From positions 8,278,741 through 8,342,740 of the forward strand of contig OZ037768.1 of the NCBI GenBank assembly GCA_964035545.1: 64,000 nt of DNA. Reading direction: 5' to 3'. This DNA comes from Bugula neritina. Lineage: Eukaryota; Animalia; Bryozoa. Of this stretch, positions 37,952 through 50,800 are shown in pieces (positions within the stretch are counted from its first letter, which is position 1; each line of letters opens with the position of its first letter). A program made the position numbers and the translations under genes. The notes beneath the pieces are model-generated. The model ran no database searches, was not told the DNA's origin, and worked only from the letters and a program-made list of their open reading frames with translations.

Positions 37952-39289
37952 CACTAATAGTTATGTTATAATCTACCAAACGTCTTGCACCTACCATCTG
38001 AGAAATCTTTTCAGGAAAAGAAGAAAGATTTTTAGTGTCGCCCCTACCAATATGTTTATCTATGTAAAATCTAGAAGAAATTTATAGAACCAGTTCTAAT
38101 ATATACTCTAGAGGAGCATTGCCTTAGCCAGTGATTGGTCTCCACGCCTACCAGCATGTGCAGAGATAATATTTGTTGGAAAACTCTAGTCTCTTTAGAT
38201 GACCTTAATACTATATATATTGCACCTATCAGGAGAGGCCTATGACGAGAAGCTATAAAAATGTCTGCAAGATCTTTGATTTACAACAAAGATCCAATTA
38301 ACTCATATCAGGTGTAAAATGGCCATATAATTGGATGACTTATTGATTTTCTAAGCTCCTTTTGTAGTGAAAAATAATTATTTTGAATGCTTGTGAATGC
38401 ATCAAAGCAAATTGGTAGTTGTAATCAATATCAATACACTCCTGTTATGTTATTGTGTTGTTTAAACTACAATAAACTGCTTGTTGACAAAATATACGTC
38501 TTCGTTTAATGTTAACATCATTCTGCACGTCAATACAATACAAAGTAATCTTTATCGTCATTATGACAGTTTTTGCTTACCTACATGTGCATCAATAAGA
38601 GTATTTTTAGAGTTATATTCTGTTTGCTTTTTAATCAAAAGGAATCCTTTTACCTAAATTCTATGCATAGGCTAGTAATAAAAATAAAATAGTAATTCCA
38701 GTGTTTTAAAGTACATTGCAGATTTGCTTTATATTAATATTTAAAAAATTATAGAGCGGGCTTTTGCAATAAAATATTAATATGTATGATGTTGCAGTTT
38801 CTTGAAACATATGTAAATTGAAATTCGAGTTTTATAATAAACAGCTAATATTTATGAAAGGATCAAAATGCTGCACATATTTATTCTGGCTTTTTTATTT
38901 TACTATTTGGTAAATAAATTTTATATGTAAAGTTTCAGATCTCCTGATGCTTGTATAAAACCTTCTTTACAACACTATTGGCTTGACCTCTAGAAAATTT
39001 AGTAGTGCATTTTTATAACAGTCTGAGCAAAATTCACCAGTGACTTTAATTGAAAGTTTTACTTCATAAATTTTGATAATATCCATTCAAGTCAATTGAT
39101 GGCACTATTTATGGCCAATAATAATATATATATAATTATAAAACCACCTCGCAATGGCTTGCAATTGTTGAATGAGTCGTCATGGGGAGTTGTTTACTCG
39201 TATATTTATATAATTTCATTGTTGTAACAACTGCCGCTTAATTTTTCAACGACTCGAGTTTCTTTGCCGATCACAGTAGCACTTGCGCT

Positions 39290-39302
39290 GTCGCATAGCA
39301 AC
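39290..39302 (+). promoter_or_regulatory. X-box (RFX site) upstream of CFAP69
   Basis: GTCGCATAGCAAC fits GTNRC-N0-3-RGYAAC. It lies just before a probable non-coding first exon (donor GTGAGT at 39392) of a ciliary gene. Confidence 0.6.
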
Positions 39303-40112
39303 AGCAAACATCATGGCGGATACAGCTGTACTACGTGAACTATAACCACGACCATGTATAATTAAGTCCAAAGCAACTATTACCAAATATAGTGAGTAAA
39401 CTAAAGGCATTCTTTGTTATTTGTTTATTTGAGTAAACTGATTTAAAAATATATGTTTCTTAACTTCTGCTTGTTTATAGTTCCCACGGCTAATGATACA
39501 GTCACACTCACAGTCACAGTGACCGTGAGACTGAGTGTGACAGTGTGAGTGAGTCTCCTACTAATTGTGAATACTAGATAGTAGGTTTGACAGTCTTTCT
39601 TATACAACTTCTAATTTTTGAAATCATTGTAATTGTGACAACTCTATTAAATTTACTGTAAATGCTTGTAGTAGGTAATTTTTTATCACAATATGATTAT
39701 TTAAAATTTTACATCTATGCTGATACTTATGTTGATTAAAAATTGAATAGTTATAGAGTACTACTAGTTTTCACTGCAATATTTTTGATAACTATTGTAC
39801 TTATAAATTGTAATAATACTACTTTTAAAGTAAACTTTTTTGCAATTTTGCAATTATGATTTACAAAGTTGTCAAACTTATAACATGAACCAACCCAGCT
39901 GTAGCAGTTGTTACCATAAATTACACAAAAAGCTGATTGTACGGTGCATATAAATTATAGTAGACAATAACATAAAGTAAATAGTTTATACAAAAAGCAT
40001 ACACACATTAAAACACATAGAATACAACTACTAATTTTGTATAAACAAATGGTTGTTTAGTGAGTTTTATTCATATTACTATTTTTCAATGTTTTATCGT
40101 TTAAAGGCAAGC

Positions 40113-43100
40113 ATGGCTACAGTTACCTCAACAGCTCGAAGTTTTAGAAATGCTGGAGTGGTACAGCTACAAAATGAACTACAGCCATACCCAGTTATTG
40201 ACACAGTTGTCACTGATGAAGTAGTGGGGTCACTAAAAGTTCGTAAATATATATTTATGATGCATCAACACATCTATAAATATTAATTTATTTACTTCTA
40301 AAATGGGTACATTTTTTAATGATGTTTAAAGTATTTCACATTTGTAATTGGATAGAAGTACTTATGCTTTCTAAATAACATTTTGCAGGGACACAAGTTT
40401 GAACCTATCAGCTTAGCAAAAGTAGAAAAATTACTGACGGATCCACATTCTGTAAGTAGTAATAGTAAATCTCCACATTAGCATTTTTGTATAAAAAAAC
40501 ACATTTGACTTACAGTTTTTTGTGTTGTTTATAAATGTCATGCTACTCATTTGTAGGCTTGTTTGTATGACCGGCACCTACACGCCCTTAACAAGGTTAT
40601 AAAACATTATAAGAATGCTTTCCTTCTTAAAGATTTGGTGCAAGTGTTTAAAATTCTAAACACATGTGCTGACAGAATTGATGAGAACGAAGTTTATCTT
40701 GAACCTTTGCTGGACATATTGAAAATTGTGGGGAAACCATTTTTTAAAGAAAAATCATCCGATGAAACCTCATATGAGCAAATAGCAATTCAGTCTATTT
40801 CTCAACTAGGTAAAATAATTATTCATTTTGTATAAATCAAATTATCTAAAAAGTTATGCAGTATTTGTAAAAAAAACTTTGTTTTTATAAAAATAGTATT
40901 TTCCATTTGATTTATGCTATACATTATTATATTAATAGTTTAAAGAATGCTTGAACTTTTGAATTTGTAGGCTACCTAATGCGATGTAATGAGGAGGCTG
41001 TGCAGCTGCAGATATGCGCCACTATACTTTCAATATATGCAAACACATCTCCTGGTAATGAGGTACAGAAGCTCTGTCCTTGTTCTTACCAGTTCAGCAG
41101 GATGATTGTAGAGAATAGTGACGTTTCAGAAACATTGGTTAAGGTAAAGCATGCATCTCATTCTATGTGAGTTTAAAACAATTAATTATATCTATTTATT
41201 TATTTATTTATTTGAAAATTAAGAACTTTTATTCTTGGTTTTTTATTTACTTGCTATTAATAAATTTTACACGTTAAAACTACATTTTATTCTAAATATC
41301 GAAGACTAGTTAGTATAAAGTTTCTGACAAGTTTTAGTACAGAAGTTTTGAAGAATGTACCGAAAATCATGTAAGCTTTATGTTTATAGTTGAAAGTTAA
41401 AGTCATATTCATATATAGGGTGCATTAGTTAAAATTTTCTGATGCATTGTAATTTCAGTCACTGGCATTAATTGATGGAAACCTCACAGTGAAGCTGGAA
41501 GTACTGCATGTCCTTCAAGAACTGTCAAAGTACTCAGGTAAATACATTGTTGCTGTAAGTTATATGTATGTATATTATGGAGTTATATGCACGTATATTA
41601 TGGAGTTATATGTACGTATATTATGGAGTTATATGAATTATTTTATTGATTTATATATATGTATATATACAGTTACATATATTATATACGTATAATTATT
41701 ATGAAATTAGCAGTCATTCAGTTGGTATAAATTCCAGAAACGCATATAAAATCTAAATAGACTATAAAATCTTGAATTATATATTCAAAATATTTTTATA
41801 TAATGTAATATGGATTTTACTGTTAGATATGATCAGAAATATAACCTTCAGTGTTTTTTGGCAGTTATGCTAATATGTCATTTTATACTTGAGATTTTAC
41901 TAAATTTTTTGTTTCTCTTTTAGAATTGACCTGCGCACAGATGCTGGCTGCAAATGCTGGCTCTAAAGTCTGTCAGAAAATGCTTGACCTTGATACAACT
42001 GGATTGCTTTTGTTCAGATCAACAGAGATTTTATGGAATCTTCTAGAAAATGGAGTTCACGAAGAACTATCTCGCCAGTTGAATGATATTACCTGTGTCA
42101 GGTTTGTGCACCTGTTTCACCGTTCTCATTGATATACAAAGATCAATAAGCAAAAATAAACTAGGGCTTAGAAATATCTTAAATAACATTTTTAACATGT
42201 AGATTTTTTAAGAATGTTAACTTGTCACTTACAACGTATATCAGCTTGAAAAATATTGTGTTGTGCATGAAAATGTCCAATGGTATTATTGTGTATATTT
42301 GCATATGTTGCTGCGTTATATGAAGTATATCATGGAGTTATATGTATGTATATGTTATATGTATATAACTCTGAATGAAAAAAAAAGTTCCATATGATTG
42401 GAATAAAATGAATATTTTGAGGAGTTAACTTTTACTGCACTTTACCAAATAAAAACTTAAATGCTTTTACATGATATTTTAGTGTTCTGAGAGATGCCTT
42501 CATGCAGACGCTTACCACAGGTTTCAGTACATATGATCGGCAAATCAGAAACGATTTACTTGTGCTGATGACTTTAGTGCTGGCTGCCGCATCCAAATCT
42601 CCATTCCTTGAAACAGGTCTTATCAAGCAGCTGTCACTGTTGGCAACCTTCCAAGAAAGTAAGACAAAACAGAGTAACAAATAGTAAAATAAAGTATTTA
42701 GTTGCTCTCTTAGTCATGTAATGATATTATAATTATAATATATGTAATATAATTAATATATACTACTAACTTGTTTTAAAAAGTATTTGTTGCATAACAT
42801 GTGCCTACAAAACATTTTAGATAATACATGCACCCTATTTTTATAAAAAAAACCTATATGCTTTTGCCTTCTTTCGTGTTGCATGTTAATTTAGGGAATA
42901 ATTAAAATATATTTAGCTTAAACACTGAAAGTCATTTTGTTAATTTGTTTTTCTTTTTATTTTAGTCAAGACACACAACCCTTTTTTGAAGCATTTTAGA
43001 ATTCAAACCAATCCAGAAGACTTCGAATTTAAAAAGTTGTTGATAAACCTGATGGTTGTGATCAGCAAGCAGCCTATCAATTTACATGTAAGTTGAGTCC

Positions 43101-46100
43101 GGCAATGACTATTATAGTTGTTATTACTTTTCGCTTATTTACTTTAACAATTTATATCAGGCTAATAACTCAAAAATCTTTATTTTATTAGTGATATTCA
43201 TTCCATGTGCAAACAAATATATAGCAAACAATTAGCCTAAACGCATAAATTCTATGCTGAAACAGTTATCATAAACTGTTTCACCAACTTTGATAATGAT
43301 GATTGTAACAAACTGTATAACAGATAATAATTCAACATTATTTATTTAGATTCTGTCTGAGAACAGACTGCTGTTAGCTCTGTTTCACTACGTCAAATCC
43401 AACACGACTAACACTGGACCTCAGCAGTGGTCACCAGCACAGTTTGAAGAGATCCAACTGCATGCTATGTCAGCACTGTGCACTCTATCACCAATATTAA
43501 TACAGGACTACATGAGTTGCCAGGGGAACACCCGACTACTGTTACTCCTCGAGTGGTGTGTCTCATCAGGTAAGAGACCTGACTAATATGTTAACACAGC
43601 AACTCATCAGCTGCAAGATCAAACTTAGTTTCCATTCTTCTTTAAATAACGATGCCATATATACACAACTGCCTTGAGGGAAGTTTTATTTTTTTCAGTG
43701 CTTATTGTTAGGGTTATTTTGTCAGAACAAACACGGTGAAAGATATTTTCACAAGGGCGCTACTGTTTATTAAAAAAGCAAAACAAAAAGAAAAAAACCA
43801 ATATGACAGCTACAAAAAAGCTATAAGCTACAAGTTATAACAGTATAAAATGTGAGCTGAGAAAAGGGTGATTACAGTGATAAACAATAGCATAGAAAGT
43901 AACTTGGAGTTATGTTCTCCCAACACTGATCAATGAGGAGTTATCAGTTCACCAGCAACTGTTTTATTCTGCTTGTGAATATATAGACATTACATTATAC
44001 TAGATTACAGTATATCTGTGACAATACTTTTTTTAATGCACTGCTGAACATTTCAGATGATTATGCCGGTCACGGCAACAGTTTTCATGGAAGTGGAGGT
44101 CGAGGAAACAAGAGAGCTCAAATGCGCTACTGTATAAGAATCATTCGAGCTGTCGTCTCCACTAAAGATGACGCTGTGCTTCAAGACCTGGTTGATCAAG
44201 GAACAATCAACCAGATCATGGGTAAGTTCGTAGAACATATAACTTATGATCCTGCAATTTAATTTATAGTACTTTATTATAATTTATTGCTTTTTTTATA
44301 ACCCGCGTTTTAATTTGTCATCGGTTTTTTAATTTAAAATGTCTAGTTTAGTTTCTTTGCTATTTATCATTAATTTATTTTATTATCTATTATACCATTA
44401 TTCATAACTTATCTGTCAATATTAATTTAGGTAATGTCTGTCATTTAGTGTATTTGTTATTTATTGTTTCATTTTCCTATTTTTACATTCATTCATCTGT
44501 GAATATTATTTTAGGCATCTTGGTTAGTGCAGCAAACTCTAGCGATGTTGATGATGCCATAGACATAGAGATGCAGTCAGACATGCTCATCATTCTCTCG
44601 TCACTCTGTGAGACGGACATTCACCGAAAGGAGTTGTTTGGCTCTGAAGGTCACGGGATAGACATTGTGACTCATTACTTGAAGATGAACCCCGTCAAAT
44701 TTACTAGTGGCTTGGGACACCACCGACTTATACTGGCCACCGTGGATGCTGTTTGGTAAGATATCATTTAACTACAGTTGGAAATGCAACTGATATTTGT
44801 GTGTTTTTTCTTATGGACTGAATAAACAAAAATATGTTTAATATCTTAAAATGTACAATCCTTAAAAAGTTTCAATACAAAAAAAACATTACATAAGATT
44901 CAGAATAAAAAAAAAATTATTTACTTAAACAAACAGATTTTTGATCTTACTCTATGCTATACTTACACAGGCTAATGATTTATATAGTAATAAAAATAAA
45001 TGTTGAACAGTTATGTAGTTTTTGAATTAATTTTTAGAACAAAATTTGGATTATTGAAGGTATAACTGAATATAAATTTATAAAACACTCTCAACACTAT
45101 AATACTTGCGAAGTTGTAGTGTTTATGGTTCTGTACCTTTAGGTGTTGCGTTGTTGGATGCTATCTTACTGAAGATGCATTTTTGGCAAAGGAGGGAGTC
45201 TTTCTCTTGCTAGACTTATTGGAGGTTAATACTTTATATATGAATTCTATTGATTTATACTTAGCTAACGGAGTCATCAAGTTATCAGATAAAAAGCTTG
45301 TAATATTAATTTATTGCAACCAACTTTTTTCTAAATTTATATTGCTACTCATCTAATACTGTGACGCATTAATAAGCCCCAACTGTATGTTATTCTGCTT
45401 TAAGCTGTAATGAAGCCTAATTATTCTGATTATATAAATAAAAATTATATTTGCTGACACGTACAAAAGTTGCACATTAACAATAGTTGGGTTGTATGCA
45501 TATAGAATAGCCCCAAGAGCATGCACAACCTTATCCTGGGCTGTCTGCTAGATCTGTGTGAGAACTCCAAAACAGTACCACATATCAGAGTGTGGCGTGG
45601 AAAGAACGACCAGTCTGCGGCCCATCTTTTATGTGACATCTGGAGAAAAGAGGAACATGACCTTGGTGTGAGACGCACTGATGATGGATCTTTAGCTAGT
45701 ATGCTATTAATTCCTACTCTCACTCTAACACGTTTAGCATTATGTTCCCTGCAGGTTTTCAAAGCTAAGTCAATCTATGTGAGATTTCATGATATATCAA
45801 TGCTACAGAAGTAGGTCGTTTGTTAAAGTTTATTGTAATCTTATGAATTGCATACTTGTTGCAAATTAAAAGTGTTATATAAAATATATTTTTTTTAACA
45901 AAACAGTTACTATTAACTTAGACACACTACGTAGCTATAAACAAGACATTTCAACTTGACACACAATTGATTACAATACATGTGTTGGCTTAGTTGAACC
46001 ACTCAACGCAGTTAAACAGGAGGGTTGGCTGAAAGTATAAAATAGAGCATAGCTTTGAATTATTGCATATAAGTCACACAACATGCAACCTCATAAACTT

Positions 46101-47411
46101 ACCTAGTTCAAACATCACACCCCGTTGCCTCATATGTTTTTAGATACAGAAAAACCGCTAATGGGAGAGTTGCAAGAAAGCCAGGAGCTGCAGTCTATGC
46201 CAGCCAGCAGTCCAAGCCAGGCGATTGTAGATGTAGTTGAGAATATGAGAGCTAAGATACACGCTCTGTTCTGCAAGATTGGCTACACTGAGCTGTCGGG
46301 AATGTCGACAGAAGATTACGTGACGCTTACCATTATAGAGCAATATCTCAATCTTAAGGTAAGGTCAATGCACTTTTGCGGTGGTTGGGTGCTCTTCACA
46401 ATACGCCCTATAATTTTTGATGCATAAAATACACTACAAAACCCACCACACTGTTTTTCAATGATACAGGAATTTTTAGACATAAAATACAATGTACTTT
46501 GGTTACAATGCATTAGACTTGAACTAAATCATAAAAATTGCAGATGGGTGAGGTTTGGTTAGAGATGATGGGTGAACTAGAGATAGAGCAAATAAGACCA
46601 GTGTCACCTGACCAAGAAGCCTTAGAGACTATGACCAGAGCTATAACTGAAGATTCAAAGAGCGTTTTCCTCATTCAGCATGATTTACTGAAGGCACAGA
46701 ATGATCAGGTAGGAGATGATTGCTAAAACTCAACAGAATATCTAAATCATTGAACATTGTTAGATAGTTGCATACATAGGGTCGCACAAAAATAGCTCAG
46801 TAAGATAAAACTTTCTAAATGATTGTTGGTCTAATCCATGACTTTCTATTTTCAAGGATTTGACTGATGAAAAAGAGTTCTATGCTGAAATTCGAGAAAA
46901 TTACAAGCAAAAGGAAAAGGCAATCAATGACTGGACAGAGTATGTGACACGTACATCTAACCATAATGTATTGAAGGCAGCACGGGAGAAACAAGAACAG
47001 AGTGTGGAAGCTTCCAGAATAAATGTTAAGCATAAACCAGGGTTAGTACTTTTACTGGACAAGTTTTTAACCCTGTTATTGGTTATACCTGCTAGAGATT
47101 ATTCCATCAGATCAAATGTTATTAATTCTGATGCATATTGGATGGCAATTTAGATCTAGTGTTGAATAATTTTATGAAAAGCTACCAATGAACTATGAAA
47201 TCTGGATTTCAACTAGTTTACATGGCATATTATAATGTTTTGTAGAACTGTTCTGCACAAGTATGAGCAACCTGCTCTGAATACCACAGCCTACAGTGGA
47301 AGGAATGTGTTGATAGAGAGCACGCCATTACACTTAACAGGTGGTAAACTGAAGGATTATGATGCAAAGACTGGAACAGTCAAGTTTAAAGAAACTATTG
47401 TCTATGAATAA
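40113..47411 (+). CDS. CFAP69: cilia- and flagella-associated protein 69 (ARM-like repeats), about 17 coding exons
   Basis: Conserved blocks: LLKDLVQVFKILNTCA, KPFFKEKSSDE, LLFRSTEILWNLLE, YDRQIRNDLLV, EDFEFKKLL, WSPAQFEEIQLHA, CQGNTRLLLLLEWC, GHGNSFHGSGGRGNK, KEGVFLLLDLL, ENMRAKIHALF, LNTTAYSGRNVLIESTP. TAA at 47409-47411. Confidence 0.92.
41558..41635. repeat. 23-bp minisatellite, about 3.4 copies
   Basis: Unit AGTTATATGYAYGTATATTATGG; a degenerate relative occurs in the next intron (~42316-42370). Confidence 0.85.
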
Positions 47412-47899
47412 ATAACTATTGGGCATGACTATTAGCAGTTCAGTGAAGTGTGGTACTATTGCTTATAAATATTATAGGATTCTCAACACATGAAAGTTAA
47501 CCTTACAATTTTTTTTGGATCAGATTAACAAGTTTATTACAATGCTGCTGTTTGCATTTTACAACAATCTTATGTCAAATTATACACTATGTACGTCAGC
47601 AGGCATTTGCATGTTAAATATAACAATCAGTTATGTCAAAACTAAAACGAGTCATTTATTTGATCATCACTATGTTCCCAGCACAAACTATAATCACACT
47701 GAGAAATTTAATAAAATATTTAATAAAAACATATGAAATAAAAATTAATACTTCTAAAACTAAGCATGTACAATACAAAGGTCCAAACAAATAACAGGAT
47801 TCTATATATGAAACTAAAAGTTATAAAATTACATTTTGTTATTGATACTTTTTGATAGACTCAGCGAGGAGTTGAACTTTTTGAAGAGATATATACAAA

Positions 47900-50800
47900 T
47901 CAACTAGAAGTCAAGGCAAACACTGGTTCTAATTCTTTAATCGGTGTGAAGCTCTACAAGAGATAGTAAATACAGCTGATACTAAGGCACCCCATAGAAA
48001 TATTCACTGCTTTCCCATTGCTTCGCATTATGCAAATAGATTTTTCGTTCAAATGTAACCGCAACAATAAGTTAATGCAAACGGCAACCCTTGGAAGCAA
48101 TGGGAACGCAGTGATAGTAAAGCTTAACATGTCAGCCATCATTTTTGCTGCCAACTAGCCTTACAGTAACATCACAATTACCTTGTCATCTAGTTCTTAG
48201 ACGTCCATGAAGATATATAAGAACAAGCATATCAACAAATGGCTATAATTAATGACCAATAGTAATACAGAAACAAGATAATACAAAGCTGTAACATATT
48301 AGTATACACTATATTATAAACCATGATGTGTATGAATTTATACAGTTGTCAGTATGCATGTACACCTACAGACTAGACTCTAGACTAATAATTTGATGAT
48401 ACCTGCTCATATCTTTGCTGTAATAGCCGAGAGACGGGGTCATTAGGACGTCTAGAGAGAGCTGGGGATATCCTTGAAGCAGACCGACACATGAACACTG
48501 CCACTTCGTCATCTAATATAACCTCCTTAAACTTGCTCCCCGAGTTCAAAAGAAGCTTCTTGCATACTGGTGAGCCTATTATGTGAGTTCAACAGTGTAA
48601 GCAACTTTCAACATGGCAAACAACATGAAATGGCTGAGAAGCTCATGCCAGGCCAAACACACAACCCCTGCTATAGTTTATCAAGAGGCAGATGGGTTTA
48701 AGTATTGCAAAAGGCAGTCAAAATTGCTAAGTCAGGCCTCAAACATTTACAATATTAACTTTAAATCAACAAAATAAATTGCAAAGAAGTAATTACTTAA
48801 AAAACTCAGAAAAAAGACGGAAGTCTTAATTTTTTAGCTAGGAGTTGAATCACGGCATACTGAGTATTAGTGATACTGATTCAATTATAAAATACATTTA
48901 ATTCTGAAATACAATTAATCTAAATCTACCAATGAATGTAGACATTATGACACACACCTTTACTTTTAAAAGCTGCGTAGAGCTCAGGAGTGCAGTTACT
49001 TGAACTAGCGGAAGCATTAGCTAGCAGAAGTTCCTGGGTACTGCATTGAGCTGTTACTTGGTCAGGACTGCGAGGCGTTGTTAATGTACAGCCTGTACTG
49101 GTCCCTGAAGCTAACTGTATCAAATGTACATCAGGACTTGTGACCCGATTTTCAAGTGTTTGTTCTATAAGTTTACGAGCAGAAAAAGTGCCATCTAACA
49201 ACAGCGGCGAATATTCAGTGTCTGCACTATTCAATGAGGTGATTTCCAGCGCCTCACTAGATCTCCTGGCAGGGGGTGTAACACTTATTTCCCGTGTCTG
49301 TAAAGAATCAACACTAATAACACCATCAAGAGTAGGCACACCACTTTGAGTAGGGGAGTGATCCCTAGCACCGCTGCCATATACTGATTGGAGTAGACAG
49401 CTGCTAGAAGAGTTAGTTTGGTCTGAGTCTGGTACAGCAGGTGATGAGTGAGACTCTGGTGTGTCGTTATTAGAAGCAAAAGGTGACGCTGTCAACATCT
49501 TACTACTACTTTCTGGTGTATGCAAATAATTCCCTTGCGACTCTGTAAGGTCACATGTATCGGCTTTCCTTTCTGATTCACAGTCACCAGAAGAGAATAT
49601 GTTAGAATTACAGGAGAAACCGAAAGTAGCTATTGGTTCTGTAATATGGCTATCTCCGTGATTACTGAGAGATAGCATTGACTTCTCATTGGTTTTGAAA
49701 TTGTCACCCGCGTCGTCACCCAACTCCATTACAGATGGAAATGAGTTGATATTTTCCTGAGCCCTAGAGCGCTTAGTCTGGAGTCCTCCGCCATCCTTCT
49801 GACAAGGTGGTGTTTGGAGAGGAGAGCTGTTTTTAGTTCTGCTGACAGGTTGACCTACTTTCCTCGTATCATGAAATTTTTCTGCTGCACCTCTAGTGGC
49901 ATCATGGCTTATCTCAGAGTCAGCACCCACTTCATCAATCCTATCGCCATTCAATGCTGATGAACTAATACCAAGTTTTTGCTGGATCCACAATCGCTGT
50001 TTCTCTAACTGTTCTTGCTGCTTCAATATCTGCTGCAGCTGAGCCTTCAGCTCTAATTTTGTTTTGCTGTCAGATGACTCAGTAGCCATTAGAGCGGCCG
50101 ACCTTCTCCTAGATTTCTTCATGCAAGTCTCAATAGTCTGCAAAGCTTCAGTTAGATTCGGACTGGTTTGACGTTTAGCAGAGAAAAAATCTGGTGGAGA
50201 GCTTTCAGTAGTAAATAGAGAACGAGATGCTGGTCCGGCAGCACCTAAAGAGCAACCAGCCGGTGTTAATGGCGCAGTTTGAGATGGCGAGTTACAGTTG
50301 CCATAAGTTTCGCAAGAATCTATTGACATTTGCTGTGGCGATTTTGCTTGAATAGACTCCGAAGCAGTTGGCAACGTTTTGTCTTCAAGCTTTTCTGCAC
50401 CAATTTCGAGTTGACCCAATAGGTTACAGATGGAGTCATTTAACTGCAAAGGTTTAGGGGTGTCTGCAAGTTTTGATATACCAGTTATGTGAGGCAACAG
50501 CCGAGGAGGACTAGCTAAGACCGGGCTCTCGGCTGCAGTCAATCGGAAATCCTCCCTGATTTTACAGTGAGATGAAGATACGTGTTTATCGACATCCGTT
50601 TGCTCCAGCTCAGGTTTCCAGTTGAGAGCTACGTATTTCTCTGCGTCTTTGATTTTCTAAAAGATAAAATATACACTCACACAATATACTCACAGATATT
50701 TAGTCTCCATCCCTGGAAGAAACCCTGATGGTAAGGACTTTCTTTAAGCAGGCTAAGGATTTGTTCTCAATTTTAGTAAAGAAATTTTAATGAAATGCCC

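Noticed and set aside
43258-43283. 10-bp hairpin TGAAACAGTT/AACTGTTTCA
   Set aside because: Isolated and AT-rich; plausible by chance.
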